Shown here: piece after piece, positions 50,209-62,305 of the stretch
How the letters are laid out: every line of letters starts with the position of its first letter
Numbering within the stretch: the stretch's first letter is position 1
From: Callorhinchus milii
Lineage: Eukaryota
Direction: 5' to 3'
Length of the DNA stretch: 64,000 nucleotides
NCBI RefSeq assembly: GCF_018977255.1
Contig: NW_024704742.1
Coordinates: 71,240,001 to 71,304,000, forward strand
Notes under the pieces: generated by a model
The model's input: the letters and a program-made list of their open reading frames with translations, nothing else
Database searches by the model: none
Told to the model about the DNA's origin: nothing
Position numbers and translations under genes: made by a program

Positions 50209-51584
50209 TCAAAAGTGAGGTTAATAGATTTTTTGGTAGGTCGTGGTATTGAGGAATATGAGGAGAAAGCGGGAAATTGGAATTGAAACGATTAGTTGAG
50301 GTTCAGATCAGCCATGATCTAATTAAATGGCAAAACAGGCTCGAAGAGCTGAATGGCCTCCTCCTATTTCTATGTTCCTAAGTCCTCAAAACCCTTGAGA
50401 AACATGTGGCCACTCAATCCACGACTGTCTGTGGGACTGTGTGTGCAATTGGCTGCCACGTTTCACCCACAGATCCAGTCAATCCACTTTACGGTATTTT
50501 TAGTGAAGCAATTTGAGATATCTTTTCGACTATGTTTACGGACACCTCCACCCTGCCCCCAGCTCGGAGTCAGGCTCCTCCACTGTTAAGTGCTCTGAAA
50601 TGCTACCCTGCGTAGAGGGCACTACATACGTCCAAGTTGTTGTTGTTTCAACGATATAAGGCGCTATATTAAATGCAAGAATTGTTATTTATTATTATTG
50701 TTCCTACGAGTGGCCACTGAGGCCGGATTCATAGAATTGTTCAAAAGGGAACTGGATAAACAGCTGAGGAGTGAAAATATTAAGGGGATGGGGAGGGAGC
50801 CGGAAGGTGGAATTAATACAGAAAAAATACATTTGTATAGCATCTTCATGTCTGGAGGACAGCTCAAAGCCCATTACTCAGTTGAAAAAGTATAATTAGC
50901 AAATGATAAAATGGCATAAGAAAGAGCAGGAAGGGATGGAGCAAGACAGGAAGGAACATTTTTATAGCACGTAATATTGTTTTGTCACTATCAAATGGAG
51001 TGACTGTGATTTGTAAGCAGAGAGGGCAGCCATTTTACTCACAGCAATATGTGAAAAATAGCTGTAAAGTGAATGAGCGATTTATCTGGGGAATTATCAG
51101 CCAGAATACCGGGAGAAATTCCTCCCTCTTCACTGACAGTGTTGTGGAATCTTTAACATCCACCTCAAAAGGCACAGGCGGGACCTCACTGTAACTTCTC
51201 ATGCAAAGGGTGACCCCTCTGGCAATGCAACACTTCCCCCAGTACTGAGCTGGAGCATCAGCACAACAACAACTTGGGTTTATAGAGTGACCCTCATGCA
51301 GGGTAGTGTCCCAGAGCACTTGACTAAGTCTTGGACAAAGAGCTTAAAGTGCCCACCAGGTGGGAGTGTAACAGCTTAAGATCACAATCTTCCCACTGAG
51401 GTGAAGACATTACTGACTCGGCCAGGCTGAGACGTAAGTAAGATATTCAGCGGCTGAGTGGAGAGTCACCATACCAGAGCCTCCAAGTCTTTTTTGGAGC
51501 CCAGCTTGGGTCACTGGACTCAGAACAGGAGCAGGCGTGGCTGGGGAACAGGATAGAAGTGAAACGACAGAGAGAGATCTTGGG

Positions 51585-52458
51585 TTCAAGTCCTGGATGA
51601 GAGCTAACTTTCTTCAGTTGAACATCAACAAGACTGAGGCTCTCCTGATTGATTCTCGTCAGCGCCTCCTCACCTCAGGCACTGACAGCATCACCGTCCT
51701 TGGACCCACACTCCAGCTTGATAAGCCAATCCGGAAACTTGGGGTCTTGTTTGACCCTCAACTATCCTTTCTACCCCACATTCGTTCTGCCTTCTCCCAC
51801 CTTCGCAACGTCACCCAGCTCCAACGCTGTCTCACACTGCAGGCCGCCGAAACCCTCATACACACCTTCATTAAATCGAGGCTCGACTATGCAAACTCAC
51901 TGCTTGTCGGCCTCCCCAACTCCTCCCTCCATGGGCTGCAGATCATCCAGAACTCTGCAGCTCATGTCCTCTTTCACAATAGGCTCCGTGACCCTATCAC
52001 CCCCGTCCTCACCCGACTCCACTGACTTCCCATCACACAGAAGATACAGTTCAAGATCCTGGTCCTCACCTTCAAGCCCTCCACGGTCTTGCTCCCCCTA
52101 CCTCTCCAACCTCCTAACCCCTTACCATCATGTTCGCTCCCTCCGCTCAGCGGGCTCCGGCCTGCTTCACGTCCCCCACCTTGCTCGCCCCACTATCGAC
52201 GGGCGGGCCTTCCTCCACCCTGCCTCCACCCTCTGGAACTCCATCCTGTAGGCCAACCGTCTCGCCCCCTCCCTCACCACCTTCAAGATCCACCTCAAGA
52301 CCCTGCTCTTCGATCATGTTTTTGATCTCCCTGCTTCCCCCCCTGCCCTCCCCACTCCCGACCCCCAGCTCATGTCCGAAACTCTGTCTGTCCAACGCCT
52401 TGGGACGTCCTTCCGATGTGAAAGGCGCTATACAAATGTCATTTTGTTGTTTGTTGTA
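51585..52458 (+). mobile_element. L2-clade LINE 3' fragment
   Basis: WMRANFLQLNINKTEALL...ITPVLTRLH. Confidence 0.9.
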
Positions 52459-54025
52459 GTTTGTCATTACGCAGTTGCAGACTGAAACAAACCCTCCATT
52501 GGATATTCCATTTCCTGCCCATGTCGCAAGGTTACCCACGGAATGAACGTTAAACCAGTATGTATGAGGTGGCAGCCTGCACTGGTGGTTGCATTCTCGC
52601 CTCTAAGTAAAGCGGATGTGGGTTCAAGCTCATATAATCTGGGCTGATGCTCCAGTACACTGCTCAGGAAAGCCCCTCATTGTTGGTGGCAGTGTCTTTT
52701 GGATGAGGTGTTAAACAGAGTAACATCTGTGCCTGTTCATCAAAGATCCAGCAACAGTTCTCGAAAAAAGAAGGGAATTTCTACCAGTGTCCTGGCCAAC
52801 CATCCTCCAGATAAAATCGTTGTTGAGACGTCTCAAAGTACTTCACAGAATATCTTGTAAAGTGAATTGACTGTGAGCGAAAATTGACCATTCACTGCAT
52901 GGCTGTTTGTGGGACATTGCAGTATGCAAATTGGCCTTTTGCCTATAAATGCACACCCAATATACTTCACAGAGAATCCTGCAAAGCGCTTTGAGAACAT
53001 CCTTTCAATGTGAACAGCGCTGTATTAGATGTAAAGATTATTATTATTACTAGCACAGGTGTGCATTTTGAACACTGTCGAGTGCAATTGTCTGGGACAT
53101 TTCAAAAACAGAATACACAGTCAATCCACTTTACAGTATATTCTGTGAAGCGCTTTGAGACGTCTCAATGACGTGATAATGCACTATATCAAATGCAAGG
53201 ATTATTATTATTTCAGTCCTTCCTATACATTGTTATGTTCTCAACAAACAATGTGTAGAACACTCTTTTATTTTAGGTCTCCAGTTACAAAATCCAACAG
53301 TCACATGAAACACCCTCTACTCAGTTCTCACTGCTTCCTGCTTTCTCTCCCTCCTGATCTCCTTCCATTCATCCAAGTCAATTGGTTCTTATTTATTAAT
53401 TAGTATCCAACATACATGTAGTGAGCACTTGGTCAGCTCTCGACATCACCCAGCATGAAGTTGAGGGGAGATTTATTCGATACAAAACAGCAATAATTTA
53501 ATGTTCAAAATAATGAGGGGTTTTGATCGAGTAACTAAGGAGAAAATGTTTCCTCTCGCGAGTGGGTCAGTAACCAGAGGACACAGAGTTAAGATGATTG
53601 GCAAAGAACCAGAGTGGAGACGAGGAGAATTTTTTTTACCCAGAGAATTGTTATGGTCTGGAATCCACTGCCTGAAACAGTGCTGGAAGCAGATTCGATA
53701 ATAGCTTTCAAAAGGAAATTGGATAGGTATTTAAAAAGCAAAAAATTGCAGGTCTATGGGGTAAGAGCGGGAGAATGGGACTAGTTGGTAGCTCTTTCAA
53801 AGAGCCGGCACAGGCACGATGGGCTGAATGGCCTCCATCTGTGCAGTAAAATTCCATTATTCTATGATTCTAAGTGCCAGTTGTTATTGTGGGGGGAGCC
53901 CAGTAATGGGAGTATATTGTAATTGGCGTTCAAAGTGCAGATAATTGTGTAAAACACAAAACAGCAATAATTTTCCACTCACAGCTTGAATAATACAACA
54001 ACAAATTGCATTTACAACAAATTGT

Positions 54026-54388
54026 GGAGTCCTGTAGCTCAGTGGTTAGAGCACTCGCCTCCCAAGCGAGAGACTTGGGTTTGATTCCCGACAGGGTGAA
54101 ATGTTGGGCAAGTTTCCTTACTCCTCACGCCTCTGTTCACCTAGCAGTAAGTAGGAACCTGGTTGTTAGCCAATTGATGAATCGCTTTTCTGGAAGTAAT
54201 AATTCCTTTTAAAAAAAATTGGTCACTTCAATCCACGACTCTGTAGGGCACTGCTGTGTGCAAATGGCTGCCGCGTTTCACCCACAAAATATACAGTCAA
54301 TTCACTTTATCGTATATTCTGTGAAGCATTTTGAGACGTCTCAAAGATGTGATAAGCGCAATATCATTGCAAGGATTATTATTATTAA
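54026..54388 (+). mobile_element. tRNA-Ala-derived SINE, full length
   Basis: Well-preserved head, body and tail. Confidence 0.88.
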
Positions 54389-54748
54389 TTGCCTTTCACA
54401 TCGGGAGGATGTCGCAAAGCCTTGGTTTCCAGGGAAGCAATCATAATGAAGCAATTACTAATGAAGCAACTATTGGTCTTATTTAAGGTCTGGTCAGAAT
54501 TTTAAAGTAGATTTCAACCCTCTGGTTCTTCTATTTAATCAGCCCTGCCCCTCCCGCTACATGTTCGAAATTCAATCCATTCTCAGGCTTAATAATAAGG
54601 ATTATTGTTATTATTATCTTGTGGGGTTGGGCAGAAAGGGTTATAGAAATGTAAGCATCGAAACGTGCAGAGACTAATTTTTGTAGACAGTCTTAACAGC
54701 AAGTTTGTGAAACTCAAAATAGCCAGATGGAAAGGCCAGTGATTGTTG

Positions 54749-54844
54749 GCCATGGGTTAAACAGGCCATTTAAAGGCTCCCCGAAGGACAATTCAATGTC
54801 TCCTCTTTCGGGAGAGCATTTAAATTGTCTGTTTATCCCATGGC
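54749..54844. other. 96-nt imperfect hairpin / inverted repeat
   Basis: GCCATGGGTTAAACAGGCCATTTAAAGGCTCCCCGAAGGA pairs with TCTTTCGGGAGAGCATTTAAATTGTCTGTTTATCCCATGGC. Confidence 0.85.
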
Positions 54845-56377
54845 TCTTCCAAACGACAGAGTTCCCTCAATACTACACTGGAGTGCCAACTGAGCTCTTT
54901 TCTCAAAGAGCTCTAGGCTCTGAGCTCAAACATGGGGCTTGAACCCACAACCTTCTAACTTGGAGGCGAGAAAGTGCCCAATTATAGCATTAATGTAGCG
55001 CTTCGAAACACATGTAAACATTTGACACAAAATCATCTTCCTTATAGTCGAATACTATCTCTGCCTCAATCCTAATTCACCCCAAATTGAAATGAAAAGA
55101 CTCCTCAACTCATCGTTGGAATAATAAGAGTAATCCTTGCATTTAATAAAGCGCCTTATCACAACATTGAGAATCTCAAAGTGCTTTGCAGGATACTGTA
55201 AAGTGGAGTAACTGTGTAATTTATGGCCGAAATACCAGCGGCCAGTTGTGTACAGCAGTGTCCCACAAACAGCCATGCAATGAGTGACCAATTTTATTGG
55301 GGATTGTTGGCCAGGACACCGGGAGAGAAACAACAACAACAAAATTTGTATAGTGCCTTTCACATTGGGAGGGCGTCCCAAGGTTCTGGATTCCCTTTTC
55401 TTTTTGAATAGTGCTATGGGATCTTGAATATTCACTTGAACAGGCAGATGGGACCTCGGTTTAAGATCTCATCCGAAGGACGGCATCTCGACAATGTAAC
55501 ACCCATCCAGGGCTGTATTGGAGTGTGATTCCAAGTACCGACGTAGGGTGTGAACCCAGAAACCACAACAAAGATACATTTTTATGTATATTGTGTAAAA
55601 GTAAGTTATCAGTATTGGTGTGTGGATACTCAGCCAGCACTGTTAAGTGCTTTGGGATGTTCTCCTGATATGATAGGCGCTGTATAATGTAAATTTGTAT
55701 TATGTTCTCTTGTAAAGATCTCAGGTCAGTTTGCTGCTGGCCAGAATGGGAGGACAATGGGAGCCTGGGTCTCTGGTGCTTTCCTATGCGCAGTAAATTC
55801 TCATTGCCTTTGGGGATAACTCAGATGATAAGAGCATAGATTGCTGAAAAATATCTTCACTGTTTGTGTTTTCCTGCTATCTACAAAGCGATGGTCATCA
55901 CGTCCTCTTTGCCAACCGCTTACACATCTTCCTACCCCCCCACCCACCCACCTTCCTATTTAAGGAAATTAACTGGGAGGACATTTCCAACCAAATCAAT
56001 TATATATTCCTGAACAAATGGGCGCTAATAGCAGGACAAGGCTAGCTTTCAAACCATGCAATCAAAGCAATGAAACCTGCCACATAAGCCATGATATGCT
56101 TTTCCGTCCGCACCGCCTGCCCACTCACAATAATAACAATCCTTGCATTTGATATATCACGTTTTCACATCTTTGAGATGTCTCAAAGCACTTCACACAG
56201 TGGACTGGGAGCCTGAGCTAGAGGTGAGGGGAACTGAGGAGCATGGCGTGCTGCGGGGAAAAGATGACCAACAACAACATCATCAACAACTTGTGTTTAT
56301 ATAATGCCCTTCACACGTGATAGTGTCTTGGAATGTCATCAGAGAGATATGTATTTAAGACTAAAGGCTTTAGAGTT

Positions 56378-57058
56378 GGAGTCCTGTAGCTCAGTGCTTA
56401 GAGCACTCGCCTCGCAAGTGAGAGACCTCAGTTTGATTCCCAGAGGACAAAACCTTGGGTAAGTTTCCTTACTCCACATGCCTGATAATAATCCCTCAAG
56501 AAAAAAAAAGAATAATAATTTGGTCACTCAATCCACGACTGATTGTGGGACACTGCTATGTGCAATTAATTGGCTGCCGCTTTTCACCCAAAAAAATTCA
56601 GTCAATTCACTTTACAGTATATTCTGTGAAGCGCTTTGAGACGTCTAGAAGACAAGAAAAGCGTCATCCCAAATGCAAGGATTATTATTATTATAAGGAA
56701 TATACTGTTAGATGAATTGACTGTATATTTTGTAAGCGAAATGCAGCAGCCAATTGTACACAGCACAAACAGTCGTGGATTGAGTGACTGAATTATTATA
56801 ATTTTTTTTTCTTGAGGGATTCTTACCTTCCAAAAAGCGATCCGCCAATCAACTAAACAACCGGGTACCCACTTACTGCTAGGTAAATACAACAACAACA
56901 ACAAGATTCCATTTATAGAGCGCCTTTCACGTCGGGAGGATGTGAAATAGAGGCGTGTGGAGTTAGGAAACTTGCCTAAGGATTCGCCCTGCTCGGGAAT
57001 CGAACCCAGGTCCTCTCACTTGCGAGGCGAGCGCTCTAACCACTAAACTACAGGACTT
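56378..57058. mobile_element. Tail-to-tail inverted pair of tRNA-Ala SINEs
   Basis: + copy at 56378-56694 abuts - copy at 56695-57058. Confidence 0.85.
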
Positions 57059-59339
57059 CACAAAGTCCTGATGGGAGCTTAGGGCACTCTGAGGATGGGT
57101 TAATGTTCTAGAGCAGCTTGTGAAGGAGGAGGGTGTGCAAGCATTTGCTGAAGAGGACGTGAGATGTATCACTTTGTAGTTCTGGCCTCCTGCATGTCCC
57201 TCACGCCCTCCACTCCACCATCGGTGGCCGTTCTTTCAGCCACTACGCCCCGAAACTATGGAACACTCTTCCTGTATCCCTTTGCCTTGCCCCTTCCTTC
57301 CCCATCTACTGGTCAGGCTTGAAGATCTTCCTTTTCCACCGTGCCTACTGGCACCCCTCCCCCAGACTTTGCGTCAAGCGCTCTGGGACACTCCTCTGTG
57401 TGAGGGGCGCTATGTAAATTCAAGTTGTTGTGATCTGGTGATGTTTACCCACCCAGTTAACCCATGATCCACAGCCACGGGAGCTTAAAAGCACATAAGC
57501 TGTTTTTTTGGGGGGGTGAGAGAGCTCTTTTGAAAATGCCGATTACCAACAGAACAATTCACATTTAGAGAGTGCCCTTCATGACATGAAGGAGTCTCAA
57601 AGTACTTCACACAGTGGCCTGGGAGCCTAAGTTGGAGGTGAGGGGAGCTGAGGAGCGTGGGGATATTGCGGAGAATAGGTGATCGACAATAACATCATCA
57701 ACAACTTCTGTTTATATAGTGTGCTTCACACGGATTATTGCCTTGGATTATGATCAAAGAGATAGATATTAAAGACAGGCTTTAGAGGTGGGGAGGGAGT
57801 GATAATGTCTCACAGAACATGGAGTGGGAAATGAGAGTATGGATAGTGAGAGAGAGAGAGAGAGAATGGGCCTTGGTTAGACAGGTATGTGTAGAGAGGA
57901 GCTGGAGAGTCTGCCGAGCAGGCCATTAAAGTGTGACACTCATCCGTCATCCAGTATCAAAGAGGATGCGGACCAGAGACCCCAGTACGGACAATTGCTC
58001 CTCTCCTGAAGAGTTTGGCTTGTGCCTGGGCTCTGGTATCTTTGCAGCCTTAGTGACCATTCTTGCACTGCAAGTCGAGAGAGCGAGCACCAGGCAGGCA
58101 GCCTGTTGACCTTAGCATCACAGGTAAGGCTTACTCTGCCCCACCCGACAATCCCTCCCTGCACTCTCTCCAGCAGGGAAGTCGCTTGACAGTGATCACA
58201 ATTAGGGGCCCTGGCTCATACTCTCACCTACTTAGCCTTGGGGCAATGAGTTCCATTTAGGCCTCTCCCACCACTGTCTTGAATAAGTTTAACTTAGCAC
58301 AGACCATAAAACACACAAGAGATCCCGAACCTCTCATGTTATGACAACAACAACAAAGATTGCATTTGTATAGCGTCTTTCATGTTGGGAGGATGTACCA
58401 AGGTGCTGGACAGTCAGGAATTTGGACTCAAGCTGGGGGTTGGGATCAGGAGAGGTTGAGGGCAGGGAGGGTAGAAGGGTGGCCGAAGGCACGGGCAAAG
58501 ATGAGGGTTTTCAGACATGCCTTGAAGGAGGCAAGGGAGGGAGCGAGGCCAAGGGGCTGTGGGATAGAGTTCCAAGAGGGTTGGGACAGAGAGGCTGAAG
58601 GTCCGACTGCTGATGGTGGGGCACGTGGAGCAGGCCAGAATCTGAAGAGTGAAGGGGCGGACAAGTTGATACAGCAGGGGTAGGAAGGAACAAGGCCATA
58701 TATGGCTTTGAAAGTTAACCTCCCAAAGATCAACCACATTAAAATGAGACAACAACAACAACTTTGATTTATATAGCGCCCTCCACGCCGGACGGCGTCT
58801 CACGGGCAGAATATTGGAATATTTTTAAACAATGTCTCAATTTACAAGCCAGTTTGCAAATCAACGTCTAAATCAATACTGAATTCATGGATGTTTTCTC
58901 AAATTTCCACATGATCCGAAGCCTGAAACTCCTCTTAGATCTGCCAGCTATGTCACTTTGTCTTCGAATTTAAGACGACAGAGAATTGTGTAAAATTCTT
59001 AAATCCAGTCGTAATTACAGAAAACGGTTTTCCGCAGTTCAGCACAGTTCTGAGTGATTTGAAGATTAAATGGACTGAAAGATTAAGACTGCAACAATTT
59101 GCATTTGTATTGCACCCCTCACATAGGATAAAGTCTCAGCGCCGTTATTATAATAATTCGTGTATTTGCAATAGCCCCTTATCACATTTTCGACGCGTTA
59201 TTGTTATTCAAGAATTTTCCAGTTTGGCACAAACTGACACTTTAAAACACAACGGCCTCAGGGCTGAAGACGAGGAGGGGTTTCAGGTCCCAGATGTCAC
59301 AGCCAGATGCAAAGCGTGAAGTGTGTTTTTAACACTAAC

Positions 59340-59399
59340 CTCTCTCTTGCCTTTGCTAGTACAAGACATGTGTTTATCGTTCGACACGATCCACTCTAT
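59340..59399 (-). CDS. SEMA4F: SEMA4F exon 3
   Basis: IEWIVSNDKHMSCTSKGKRE; 60 nt, phase 0-0. Confidence 0.9.
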
Positions 59400-61059
59400 C
59401 TGCAAAGCAAAATTACGAGCATCACAAAGATGAACAAGAACATCGAGCGCAGCAATCGAAGTAGCAGAGAAACTCGGACGCATCACCTCACACGCGAGTC
59501 ATCCAGAAAGTTCTACAACTCTCCGTTTGTTTTCCCGGACGTTTACACCCAATAATAATAGTAATAGTAACAATAATAATAATCTTTGGATTTAATTCAG
59601 TGTCTTATCACACCATCAAAACATCTCAAAGCTCTTCACAGTGAACTAAATGACTGACAAGTCCCTTCACTCCCTGGCACTTCCTTTTCATTTCGACCTG
59701 TTTTCTCTCTACTCCACTAGCCACTGACTCCATTCGACTGGCTCTGGCCTCCTGTTATCATTCATCCCCTCTGCTCCCACCGCCCCCATATTTTCAGCCA
59801 CTACAGCCCGAGGCTTTGGAACTTTCTCCCTCAATCCGTCCCCTTGACTCCTCCTTCCCCTCTTTTAGATCATGACTGAAGACCTTCCACTTTGACGGTG
59901 CTTACAGTCAGCTCTTCCCTCCCCTGGCTTGGCATCAGGTTCCATCACTGGTAAGTGCTCTGAGATGCCGCTCCAGGTGAAGGATGCTGTGTAAATTTAA
60001 ATTGTTGTTGATGTGTATTTTACAGGCAAAAGTGACAGCCAATTTGAGCACAGCAACGTCCCACAAACAGATATGAAATGAGTCACCAATTTTATCTGGA
60101 ATGTGTCGGCCAGGACACTGGAGAAATTATTTTCTCCTTTTGAATAGCGCACAGAATCTTTAACGTCCACCTGAACAGACACACTGGGTATCTTAGTTAC
60201 AACAACAAAAAAAATCCATTTATAGAGCGCCTTTCATGTTGGGAGAACATCCTAAGGTGCTGGACAGTTGGGTCAGGACCCGAGCAGGGGGGAAATAGTC
60301 AGGGTGAGGGAAGGGAGGGAGCGAGGAGGGGGTAGAGAGTCGAGAGGGGAGCTGAAGTTACAGTCAAAGAGTTACTGTCTCAGCCAAAGGACGGTACTTC
60401 CTATTACAAACAGCCGAAGAGGAGGGTCTTGAAGGAGGCAAGGGAAGGAGCGATGCAAAGGAACTGTTGGAAGCAGAGAGGCTGAAGGCCCAACCACCGA
60501 TGGTAGGATGGCAGAGCAGACGGAGCGGACATGGAGCAGACTGGAGCCTGCTGAGTGGAGGGAGTGGACAGGGCTCTATGGAGTTAGCAAATCACAGAGA
60601 TAGGGAGGAGCAAGACCATGGAAGGCTTTGAAGGCGAACAATGTGGCACTCCCCCAGCACAGAGCTGGAGAATCAGCGAGTGCCAGCTCAAGTTCCTAGT
60701 GTTGGACTGGAACTCACAACTTTCCTGTCCCAGAGGCAAGAATGTTACTGACTGAGCCAGGGTGAGAGCTATGCAATAATCAAGTAGCCAAAGGTCTGTT
60801 GAAATGTCTGTGTGTTGAGCAATCTTCAGAGCAATTTTGCGAAATTGAGGTTATCATTCCAGAACCACGACAGTACTGATGATGGCATGTGGAAACGTGC
60901 AATGGGGGGAGAGAGAAACAAAGAGGGAGGGAGAGAGAGAGGAAGAGAGGCCAAGTGAGAAGAAAAGTCAGAGCACAATTATTTCGCAACCATTTGTCTG
61001 TCACTTCCTTCCTATGGAAGGAGCTCAGGGAAGAGAGAGAGGGTGAGAAAAAACTCTTT

Positions 61060-61370
61060 GGAGTCCCATAGCCTAGTGGTTAGTGCACACAATTCAATTC
61101 CTGGGCAAGGCGACACCTTAAGCAAGTTTCCTTTACTTTACACGCCTCTGTTTACCTAGCAGTGAGTAGGAATCGAGTTGTTAGTCAATTGACGGATTGC
61201 TTTTCTGGACTAATAAATATATTTAGTCACTCAATTGTTTGTGGACAATTGGCTGGAATATTTTACCCACAAAATGCACAATTAATCAACTTTACAATAT
61301 ATTCTGTGAAGCACTTTGAGATATCTCAACGACGTGATAAGGTTCTATATGAAAAGCAAGCATTATTATC
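61060..61370 (+). mobile_element. tRNA-Ala-derived SINE
   Basis: Matches the family. Confidence 0.8.
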
Positions 61371-61455
61371 TTGTAACCATATCTCCATTGCCCGTGACAC
61401 CCATAAGGACAGGGTCCAGCTCAGGAACAATGTAGTCTGTAAGGGTTAAGTCTAC

Positions 61456-61613
61456 CTTTAAGAAATTCCGTGTAACTGAGGTCAAGCTGAGGGAAAAGAT
61501 GGCGTTTTTGGCTCCCACATAGAGTCGTTGCCGCGAGCTGTCCACCAGGAAAATGCTGTAGTTCATGAAGACCTTCTCAGAGAAGCGACTGACGGATGGG
61601 GACTTCTCCAGCT
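61456..61613 (-). CDS. SEMA4F: SEMA4F exon 2 (start of the Sema domain)
   Basis: ELEKSPSVSRFSEKVFMNYSIFLVDSSRQRLYVGAKNAIFSLSLTSVTRNFLK. Confidence 0.93.
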
Positions 61614-61669
61614 CTGGAATGAGAAATAAAAGATGCTCCTGTAAATAGAATCCTCTCAACTGAACCTAT

Positions 61670-61947
61670 TGCATGTAATATCAAACCATCGCCAAGAACT
61701 TCACAGAATTTTAATAATATGCCCCACAAACAGTCGTGGATTAAATGACCAAATTATAATTTTTTTTGAAGATATTATTACCCACCGGAAAAGCAATCCG
61801 CCATTCGACTAACAACTGGGTTCCTACTTACTACTAGGTAAACAGAGACGTGTGGAGTAAGGAAACTTGCCCAACGTTTCCCCTGCCCGGGAATCAAACC
61901 CAGGTCCTCTTGCTCGCGAGATGAGTGCTCTAAGCTACAGGATCTCC
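61670..61947 (-). mobile_element. tRNA-Ala-derived SINE
   Basis: Matches the family. Confidence 0.8.
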
Positions 61948-61954
61948 ACAATTT

Positions 61955-62305
61955 TGCTGTAAAGTGCACTGACCATTCACTTGTAGGCAAATGCAGAAGC
62001 CAATTTGTTCAAAGCAATGTCCCACAAAACAGCCATGAAGTGAATAACCAATTCTATCTGGGGAGGACACTGAGGGGGAGATCCCATTCTCTTTTCCAAT
62101 AGCACCATGGGATCTTTAACATCCACCTGAACAGGCACAGGTGGGACCTCAGTTTATCATGTCAGATGAAGGATAGCACCTTTGACAATGTAGTGCTCCC
62201 CCCAGCACTGCACTGGAGTGTCATCTTGGATTGTGGGCCAATGTGGCTTCTTGAACCCATAACCTTGTGAGTCAAGAGGTAGCAGTGTTAATGACTGACC
62301 CAGGA
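61955..62305 (-). mobile_element. Deu-domain SINE
   Basis: Reverse complement of the Deu core and tRNA-like head. Confidence 0.75.
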
